Shown: piece after piece, positions 53,599-64,000 of the stretch
Layout of the letters: each line of letters begins with the position of its first letter
How positions within the stretch are numbered: position 1 is the stretch's first letter
Assembly: GCA_963514005.1 (NCBI GenBank)
Contig: OY740787.1
Location: forward strand, 59,086,001-59,150,000
DNA: 64,000 nt
Origin: Raja brachyura
Lineage: Eukaryota
Direction: 5' to 3'
Made by a program: the position numbers and the translations under genes
Notes under the pieces: model-generated
Told to the model about the DNA's origin: nothing
The model's database searches: none
What the model saw: only the letters and a program-made list of their open reading frames with translations

Positions 53599-55731
53599 CC
53601 AGATGTGTGCGTACACGTTATCCCACTTTCTCATCCACTCCATACACACTGGGTGCAATTTTCAGAGGGCCAATTAACCTATGAACCTGCATGCTTTTGG
53701 GATGTGGGTAGAAACCCACGAGGTCACAGGGAGAACGAGTAAACTCCACACAGACAGCACCTGTAGTCAGGATCGGACCCGGTTCTCTGGCACTGCATGG
53801 CTCTACCAGCTATGCTGCCCTCCTTTAATGAACTTCAACTTTTTTGAATTTTTAAGATGATCCAGCAGTTCTACAGTCATCATAACTGATACCAATTCTG
53901 TTATTCCAGTATTTAATTAACATATTTAAGTTCCCCAACCCTCATGTTAGAATTTGATCTTGAAACTCTTGACAACCCCAATTGATTGCAAATTAAAAAA
54001 TAAAGCAAAAAATTGCAAATAAACCAGAAAATGCTGGAATCACTCAGCAGGTCAGTTAGCTTCGATTGAAAGAGCAACGAGCGATATCAAAAATCCTTCA
54101 TCAATACCTAGACATTAGGATTAAAGATAGACACAAAATGCTAGAGTAACTCAGCGGGACAGGCAGCATCTCTGGAGAGCAGGAATCGGTGACATTTCGG
54201 GTCGAGACCCTTCTTCAGACCCTCCTTGAGTCTGAAGAAGGGTCTCGAACTGAAATGTCACCCATTCCTTCCCTCCCCTACTCTGGGTAAAAGACCCTGT
54301 GCATTCAGTCCATCAATTCCCCCCATGATTTTATACACCTCTATAACATCAACCCAGATTCCTGTGTGGAAATAAAGCGAGAAACAGAGAGCATTTCAGG
54401 TGAAAGACATGGTCAGAAATGGGAAATAAAGTAAATGGGTTACTTGGAGCTGTGGAGAGGGTGGCAAACAAATGAAGGACATCTGTAAAGAAATATATAT
54501 TCTGATGAAAGTTTGCATGGAGTTTGTATGATCTGCCTGTGACCACATGGGTTTTCTTCAGGTGCTCCGGTTTCCTCCCACACTCCAAAGATGTACACGT
54601 TTGTAGGTTAATTGGCTTCGGTAAAGAATTGTAAATTGTAAATTGTCCCTAGTGTGTAGGATAGTGCTAGTGTACGGGGTGATTGCTGGTCGATGCGGAC
54701 TTGGTGGGCCTAATGGCCTGTGTCTGTGCTGATGAGTACTTTTGTAACTTTGCCAGCACCTTTGTGGCGACTCTTTTGTGTACTTTGTATGCAAAAACAA
54801 AGAATTTCACTGCACCTAGCTAGGTACAAATGACAAAATATCATCATCATCAAGTCAAAGTTAATAGCAATCTCAGAGTCTCCTCCCCTACAAGCTAAAC
54901 ACAGGTACTCTTCAAAGTAATCATCCAATTACTTCTCTTATGTAGTGAAGGTCAAGTTAGCAATGAATGCAGTACAGTACACAAGTTTAGAGATACAGCA
55001 TGGAAACAGGCCCTTCGGCCCACTGACTCCATGCCGACTATCGATCAACCGTTCACACTGGTTCTATATTGTCCCACATTCTCACCCACTCCGTACAAAC
55101 TAGGGTCAATTTTAAAGCGGCCAATTAACCAATAGAACTACTCGTCTTTGAAGTCATTCCTCAAATGTTACTCAGTATTACATTTGTCTTATATGTGGAA
55201 ATGTACAAAGAGAATCGATTGAAAGAATGAATCAGGTGACAATTGATTAGTTAATCTTATGCCAGCCTTCATGCAAATAATGTTTAAGAAATAAAATAAT
55301 ACCCAACATATGGAATAAAAACAAAACATGTTGGGAACATTCAGCAAGTCAAGTAGCTTCCGCAAAGGAAGAACACAAAGTGCTGGAGTAACTCAGCGGG
55401 TCAGGCAACATCTCTGAAGAACATCGCTAGGTGACGTTTCTGGTCAGGACCTTTCCTCAGAGTGAGTTAACGTTTCAGTTCAATCATCTTTCATTTCAAT
55501 AACGACGAAATAATTGATTCCTATAGTAATGGAGATGCAAATTGTAGAAGGATCTTCAAATGAAGCCCCTTTCATAGAACAGGAACAAAAAAGGGACGAT
55601 CACTTTGATGTTGGTACTACTGGCATCCTGACAATCAGGATAAACTTGAGCAGCAGACATGTAGACATATTAGAAAGACACAAGAGTAATAGTACCAGAG
55701 GAGGACGGGATTTTGATTTGCTCAATATTAA

Positions 55732-56040
55732 CGGCAGCACGATGGTGCAGCAGTAGAGTTGCTGCCTTACAGTACCAGAGACCCGGGTTTCATTCTGACT
55801 ACAGGTGTGTATCTGTACGGAGTATGTACATTCTGCTCAATCCTAAGTGGGTTTTCTCCCGAATCTCCAGTTTCCCCCCCACACTCCAAAGACATAAAAG
55901 TTCGTAGGCTAATTGGCTTGGTATAATTGTAAATTGTCCTTAGTTTGTGCAGGATAGTGTTAGTGTGCGAGGATCGCGGGTTGGCGAGGATTCGGTGGGC
56001 CGAAGTACCTGTTTCCACACTGTATCTCTAAACTAAACTA
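55732..56040 (+). mobile_element. HE1/V-SINE-like SINE
   Basis: tRNA-like head, V-like core and (AAACT)n tail. Confidence 0.85.
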
Positions 56041-56944
56041 GGACTGTTTTGAATGTGAAAGAGGGTGCATCCTGGAGAAAGCTTTGATCATGTATGTAGA
56101 TATTCCGACTGGAAAAAAGGGCAGTACTGGACCTAATCTTACAGAAGATAGTCATAAAATGCTGGAGTAACTCAGCAGGTAAGACAGCGTCTCTGGAGGA
56201 AAAGGATGAGTGGCGTTACGGGTCAGAACCCTTCTTCGGACTCTTAGGGAATGTAGCTGGGTCAGAGACTGGAGTGCCAGTGGGAGGACACTTCGTAGAT
56301 AGTGACCATAACTCCAAGTCTGAAGAAGGGTCTCGACCCGAAACATCACCCATTCCTTCTCTCCAGAAATGCTGCCTGTCCCGTTGAGTTACTCCAGCAT
56401 TTTGCGTCTATCCAAGTTTCAAGGTAGTTACAGAAAATAAAAATGATGGACGTTGAAATTCAGGTTCTGAACGTGGCCTGAATTCAATAGCATAAGAGAA
56501 AATCTGGCAAAAGGAGATTGGGAGCAACTACTTGAAGGTTGGTCTACAGTAAGTGGGAAGCATTTACATGTGAAATTGTAAAAAATCAAAGCCAATATGT
56601 TCCCATTAAAAACATGGCAGCAAATAAAAAGAAATATCTGAGGGCCAGGGAACCTTGGATGTTAAGGAATAAGGAGGGCTGTATAAAAAATAGCAACCAT
56701 ATGACAGAAACAGAAAATCCCTTCAGAAGTAGAGATAGTGTGGGGAGGTTCAAATCTCATTATACTGGACAGCAAGCCAAAAAAGATTTGACACTTATAG
56801 TAATATAAGTGATGGTTGGAAGCATTCCTGGCAGAAGGTTCTTAGTTCAAATCCCAACCAAAAACCTGAGAACAAAAGTCTAGACTAATGCTCAAATGAA
56901 AGGGGAGTATTGCACTTGTAGGATTGAGGCCACTTCTACTTAGA

Positions 56945-57600
56945 TTCATAGTCATACTCCATGGAAATAGGCCCTTCACCCTAACTTGCCCATGCCAACA
57001 AACATGCCCCATCTACACAAGTCCCATCTGCCTGCGTTTGGTCCTATCCATGTACCTATCCAAATGTCTTTTCAACATTGTGATAGTATCTGCCTCAAAT
57101 ACCTCCTCCAGCAGCTCGTTCCATATACCCACCACCCTTTGTGTAAAAACGTTGCGCCTCAGGTTCCTATTAAATATTTACCTCCTCACCTTAAACCTAT
57201 GTCCTCTGGTTCTTGATTCCCCTACTAGTAAAATACAGTGCATTTACCCTATCTAATCCCCTCATGATCTTATACACCTCCTCGTCCTTATGCTCTCCAA
57301 GGAATAAACTCCCAGCCTTCTCAACCTCCTGGCAACTTCTCTGCATTCTTTCCAACTAAATAACATATTTCCGATAAAAGGTAACCAAAAACTGAACACA
57401 ATACTCCAAATATCGCCTCACCAAAGTGTGCATCCATAATCTCCCAACTTCTATACTCAATACTCTGACTGATGAAGGCCAATGTGCCAAAGCCTCTTGA
57501 TCACCCTGTCTACCTGTGATGCCACTTTCAAGGAACAATGTACCTGCACTTCTAGATCCCTGTGCTGTCCAACACTCCACAGAGCCTGCAATTCACTATG
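56945..57600 (-). mobile_element. Degenerate CR1 3' fragment; a second copy lies at about 57800-58140
   Basis: LEYCVQF motif and CR1 3'UTR. Confidence 0.75.
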
Positions 57601-58293
57601 AAATATGATCACATGACAATATTTCAAAGAGTAGGGTCGTAATCCCCAGAGTCCTGGACAACACTTATCTATGAATCAACATTCCTAAAACAGATTATCT
57701 AGTCATTATCACATTGCACCTTTTGGGAGTTGTGTGTACAATGTACTTAAAATATTTCATTCACTGAAAAGTGTTTTATGATATTCTGTAAAGGCAGTGG
57801 CATACAGCAGGGAAATAGGCCCTTTGGCCCAACCCGTCCATGCTGACCAAGATGCTCCATCTAAGCTAGTCACATTTGCCCAGCTTTGGTCTATATCCCT
57901 CTGAGGCGTTCCTATCCATGTACCTGTTCAAGTATCTTATAAATGCTATTATAGTAACTGCCTCAACTACTTCCTCTGCCAGCTGATTTCATATATCCAC
58001 TACCTTCTGAATTAAAAAGTTGCCCCTCAGGTTCATATTATATATTTTCTCTCTCACGTCCTCCTGTTTTTGATACACCTACCGTGGGTAAAAGACTCCA
58101 TGCATTCTCCCTATCATCCCCTCATGGTTTTATACACCTGTATATAAATGCACATTTTCCGTTCTTTTGCAGGAAGACGTATAATTATCTCCAATATTAA
58201 AAAAAAGTCAGGACTGTACCTAGATGCAATTCATCCCAATCATTAATTTGGTTATTGTTAAACTGATAATGGAGAAAAGTAAATTTCAGATTC

Positions 58294-58680
<387 letters not shown>

Positions 58681-58785
58681 CTATTAAATAAATAAATATT
58701 CAAGTATATATAATTTATAATCCCCAAAAAACAATTTAATGCAATTAACAGTACAGTTTAAAAATAGGAATGAAATAAGAGATTA

Positions 58786-58956
<171 letters not shown>

Positions 58957-59049
58957 TTATTGAGCAGCAGGAAGAAGAGTTTCAGCATATATGTGCTGGC
59001 CCCTCATAATATTAAATAATTCAAAAATTGTGAATTCCAAAGTACCAAT

Positions 59050-59721
59050 TGCACACGCATGCTTGCACACACACACATGTACACTTGCACACACACATGT
59101 ACTCTTGCACACACACAAACGCTTTCACGCACACACATATGTACTCTTGCACACACGTACGCTTGCACACACATGTACGCTTACACACACACGTATGCTT
59201 GTACACACACACACGTACGCTTGCGCACACACACGTACGCTTGCACACACACACACGTACGCTTGTACACACACACGTACGCTTGCACACACACACGCTT
59301 GCGCACACACATGTACTCTTGCACACACACACGTACACATACACACACAGTATTCTTGCACACACACGTACACTTGCGCACACACACACTTGCACACACA
59401 CACGAACGCTTACACACACGATTGCATACACACACAAGCTTGCGCATACACACAAACGCTTGCACACACACATGTACTCTTGCACACACATACGCTTGCG
59501 CACACACACATACTCTTACACACACACATCCTTACACACACACACATGTACACTTGCACACACACGTATGCTTGCACACACACATGTACACTTGCACACA
59601 CACGTATGCTTGCACACACACACGTATGCTTGCACACACACGCGCTTGCACACACATGTATGCTTGCACACTCATGTATGCTTACACACACACGCTTGCA
59701 CACACACACACATGTATGCTT

Positions 59722-59760
<39 letters not shown>

Positions 59761-59785
59761 TGCTTGCACACATGTAAACACACAC
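59050..59785. repeat. Compound (CA)-rich repeat (CACACACATGTATGCTTG-like units)
   Basis: Direct reading; it produces the spurious HT/CV-rich ORFs. Confidence 0.95.
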
Positions 59786-60234
59786 CCCTCTCCTCTCCCC
59801 CCCCCCCCCTTCCCCACCCCTTTGGTGGACCTCAACAAGTCAGGCAGCATCTGTGAAGGAAACGGACAGATACATTTCCAATCAGGAAGGGTCCCAACCT
59901 GATATGTCATCTTCCCATTCCCTCCGCAGAAGATGCCTGACCCGCTGAGTCCCTCCAGCATTTTGTGTCTTGCTCATGGTTCCAGCATCTGCAGGTCTTT
60001 GTGTCACCAATTCCATTAACATTTATGCGACAACAGGATGGTCAAGCACCATTTGTTTTTTGTGTGTTAGGCAATCTAATTTCTGTAGAAATAAGAAACT
60101 GCAGATGCTGGTTTATGACCTTGTTCATGACCTTATCGATACATAAAATGACAAGTTCAAAAGGATGCAATTAACCTTCAAACCGGGGTCTCTGGTGCTG
60201 TGAGGCAGCAGCTCCACCAACACTTAGAGACTTA

Positions 60235-60728
60235 AGGCATGTCCCACTTGCATGCGATTGCATGCGTTTGGCGCGACCAAACGGAAGCGGAGTTCGCCCT
60301 AAGTTTACGGTAAGTACGCGGTAAGTACGCGCTAAGTTCGCGCGTGACATAATTCACGTCACGCTCACCGATCAGCTGGGCAGGAGGCGGGCCGACTCAA
60401 TTTGGGCATCGCACGGCTAGGCATACGGTGACGTCGCGCAACGCCACGGGCTAGGCATACGGCGTCAAGACGCTGCGTACGACGTCAAGACGCAACGTAC
60501 GCCATCAAGATGCTGCATACGCCCTCAATGCGCCTGCGGCCCACAGGCCGTTGGTATGCGAAGGTTTCGGACAGTGCGGGATTTTCGGAGCCCTGCGCGA
60601 TGTCGGGACCAGCCCCGCACAACTCCATACGCCTCTGCACTTGGAAGTGGGACCGGCCCCGCGCGCCTCAAGCGACCACGTTTGGTCGCGCCAGACGCAT
60701 GCAATCGCATGCAAGTGGGACAGGCCCT
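60235..60728. mobile_element. PIF/Harbinger-type MITE, CpG-rich, in a PSMD14 intron
   Basis: About 48-bp TIRs (TGTCCCACTTGCATGCGATTGCATGCGTYTGGCGCGACCAAACG) and TTA flanks at 60232-60234 and 60729-60731. Confidence 0.88.
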
Positions 60729-60789
60729 TTAGACAGCAAACTTAGTTTATAATAATGAGAGGTGTGTACGCGGGAGTCAGCCACTGTTA

Positions 60790-60966
<177 letters not shown>

Positions 60967-61806
60967 CTAAAAGTACAAAAATCACAGCTTAACAATTGAA
61001 AGGGAACAGCTACATGACTAAGCTAACCTGCATATTTTGGTTGTTTCAAATTATCTGCTGAAAAAAATTGACAGAAGGTGAATTTGGCAACAAATTGATG
61101 TTCACACACGTTTTAAAAGCATACACAATTTGTATTTCTCACATCAAATTTACAATATCACAGTCAATTATGACCAGATTTGTTAGGTGTAATTCATTCA
61201 TAAATTCATTTGAAATAAAACTTCAAATTTCTGCTACTCTTTTATGTATAAAAAAAATAGAATTAGCTTGCACACAAGATGTTGATGAGAACGCACTTGG
61301 AGAATTGTGTTCAGTATTGGTTACCATGCATAAGAAAGACGCCGCTAAGCTGGAAAGAGTACAGAGAAGATTTACAAGGATGTTGCCAAGAATCAAGGGC
61401 TGAGAGGTTGGGCAGATGAAGGCTTTATTTCTTGGAGCACAGATTGTTGAGGGGTGATCTTATGGAGGTGTATCAAATCACGAGGGAAAATCAACAGGGT
61501 GAGTCTTTTTTCCAAGATAAGAAATCAAGGACCAGACGACAGGTTTAAGGTGAGGGAAGAATTAAACAGAAATCATTACAGTGTGGTAAGTAAATAAAAC
61601 GAGTTGCCAGAGGAAGTAGTTGAGTCCGGTACAATAATAACATTTCATAGACACAAACTGCTGTAATAACTCAGTATTTTGAGATTCATCTCTGGATAAC
61701 ATGGGTAGGTGACATTTCGGGTCTCTTCTACTTTATGCAAACCAGCATCTGAAGCTCCTTGTTTCTAACATTTAAAAGACATTTGGACAGGTATATGGAT
61801 AGGAAA

Positions 61807-63111
61807 CTAGACCAGGTGCCGACCTGATGGACCCGTCCCCCAAAGCAATACTCCACCACTGACCCACAGCCCCCATCTGCGCAGGCGCGGCTGGCGGGTT
61901 CCCGTTGTGACGTCAGAGATCCCCATTGTGACGCGAGTTACGGCAACCCTCCCCAAACTGCGCAGGCGCGGCCGGCAAGTGGGGGCGAGACTGCGACGCT
62001 TTTAAAGTTCAAAATGGCAATAACCTGGATATTATAAGATCAATATGAACACGTCCCACTCTCCTTCTTCAGTCCCCTATTCCCCTCCTTCATTATCCTC
62101 CCTCTCCACACCCTCCACTGCTTCCTCCCCTCGCCCCTCCCTCCTCTCCTCCCTCTTCCCCTTCCCCTCCTCCATTACCTCGCCATCCTTCCTACCCCTA
62201 TCCTTCTCCATTCCCACATCCCCCAGCACTCCCTCCCCCTCCTTTTCACCCTCCCTCTTCTTTCCCCTCTCCTCCTCCCCTTTCCCACTCCCTCCCTCAC
62301 CTCTCCCTCTCCTTCCCCCTACCCTCAGTCACTCCCTCCCCTCCATAACCACTCTCCCCTCCCTAACCCCCTCCCTACCCCCCCTCCTCTTTCTCTATCC
62401 CCCTGCTCCCCCTCACCTCCCCCCTATCCCACCCCCACTCTCCCTCCTCACCTCCCCCACTGCCCTCCTCTCCTTCTATCCCCCACTCCCTACCTCTCCC
62501 ACCTAACCCTCCTCTCCCTCTATCCCCCCTCCTCCCCCGCTCTCCCATCTCACCTCCCCCACTTTCCCCTCCCATTCCCTCCCTACCCCCTCCTCTCCCT
62601 GTCCCCCTGCTCCCCCATTCTTCACCTCCTCCCTATCCCACGCCCTCACAATGAAAATCGTAATGGTTTTTTTTTAAATGAAATTCTCAATGAAAATCGC
62701 GCCTTTTCTTTAAAATAACCTAAAGACAATGTTAGTTGTTAATGAAAACAGAAGAATTTGATTAAGAGGGGTTTTTCATTAGAATAAAATCAATGTCAAT
62801 GTAAATGCATTGTAAAAAAAAAGATATTCTGGATCCCATTGTGACGCCATTGTGACGTCGAACACAGCTTACGGGCAGGACAAGTGGAAAAATTGTTTGG
62901 TAAAGTGGTTTTTGTAAAGTTTAAAATGTCAATGACTTGTAAAATCTAATATCAATCTGAACGAAACTTGTTACAGCACATCACAGGACAATGGTGAGTA
63001 AGGTGGGTGAAAAATTGTTGCGCTATCATGTACCATTTTGCCGGAGTTCCGAGAACACACGCACAAGCACGCATATATACGAAAAAACAAGATGAGAGTT
63101 TTAGTAATATA
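61807..63111 (-). mobile_element. Non-autonomous Helitron-like element
   Basis: Minus strand begins TATATTACTAAAACTCTCATCTTG and ends GGTCTAG|T. No TSD or TIR seen; it abuts a CR1 3'UTR. Confidence 0.7.
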
Positions 63112-63790
63112 CTAGATCAATCGTCCCCACATGGTGTTGGGTGGGGGGGGAGCACAATCACAATCCACAAGGAAAATTCTTGAATTTTTTTTGTAAACAA
63201 ACCTCTGCCCTATTCCACCGCCCACAATGAAACGAGGAGCTCCCCCCCCCATCCCAACCCCCCACAAGGAAAATCGCAACCTCTCCCCTATTCACCACCC
63301 CACAGTGAAAAAAGCTCCTCCCAAGAAATCTTTTTTTTTTCAATGAGATTAGCAATCCCAGATTTGCTGCTAAATGAGATTCCATTGTGATGTACCCATT
63401 CCCCCAACGCAACCTGTTCCTCAACACAATAATCACCCATAGCCCCCAACTGCGCAGGTGGGCTCATACACTCCCTCCCCCTCATCTTCACCCTCCCTCT
63501 TCTCCTCCTCCCCTCCTCCGCTCCCTCCCTCACCTCTACCTCACCTCTTCTCCTCCTCCCCTCCTCTGCTCCCTCCCTCACCTCTACTTCCGTTTCCCTA
63601 CCCTCAGGCACTCCCTCTCTCACCTCTCCCCTTTCGCACTCCCCCACTAAACAAAATGCCAAATCAAACCTTAAAATAACCCAATTATTATGTTAGTCGT
63701 CAATGAAAACGTAAGAATTCTAATAAAATCAATGTTTATAAAAATCGCAATTTTTTTTTAAAAAGCAACTATAAACAAAATGAATCTTGT
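63112..63790 (-). mobile_element. Second Helitron-like copy (3' part), head-to-tail with the previous one
   Basis: CTAG at 63112-63115; shares CCCCAACTGCGCAGG, the pyrimidine tract and AT-rich blocks. Confidence 0.6.
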
Positions 63791-63930
63791 CTTTAAAGAA
63801 TGAGCAGGTTATCCACTGAATCAACCAGCAGCACCAGCAGCTAGAAGTAAAGCAGCGTGTTTTTAACCCAAACAGCGGCTAATCAATCCGTACCACGTGA
63901 AAACAAAAATTAAACTGCCAAATCTTTTTT

Positions 63931-63932
63931 TC

Positions 63933-63999
<67 letters not shown>

Positions 64000-64000
64000 G
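63931..64000. repeat. (TCTG)n microsatellite running off the window end
   Basis: Direct reading. Confidence 0.97.

Noticed and set aside
58991-59961. Long His/Thr- and Cys/Val-rich ORFs in all frames
   Set aside because: Translation artefacts of the (CA)-rich repeat.

Overview
Eukaryotic vertebrate genomic DNA, most likely from a cartilaginous fish (skate/ray/shark). This is inferred from HE1/V-SINE-like SINEs and HER1/CR1-like LINEs and was not checked by search. There are two minus-strand genes. The first is a complete 6-exon TBR1 (T-box brain 1; CDS 45915 to 40206, 2049 nt, 682 aa) with a GC-AG intron 2 and a 14-Ala tract. The second is the last four coding exons of PSMD14/RPN11 (60966 to 49751), which end about 3.8 kb upstream of TBR1 and keep the vertebrate PSMD14-TBR1 order. 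The rest is TE-dense: CR1, Rex1/Babar and Tx1 LINE fragments, tRNA-derived SINEs, Penelope-like remnants carrying minimal hammerhead-ribozyme motifs, two PIF/Harbinger MITEs, a hAT-like element with an 8-bp TSD, and tandem non-autonomous Helitron-like elements. Exon borders, TIRs and TSDs were read base by base; most TE boundaries are approximate. Most entries in the ORF track are TE fragments or low-complexity artefacts.
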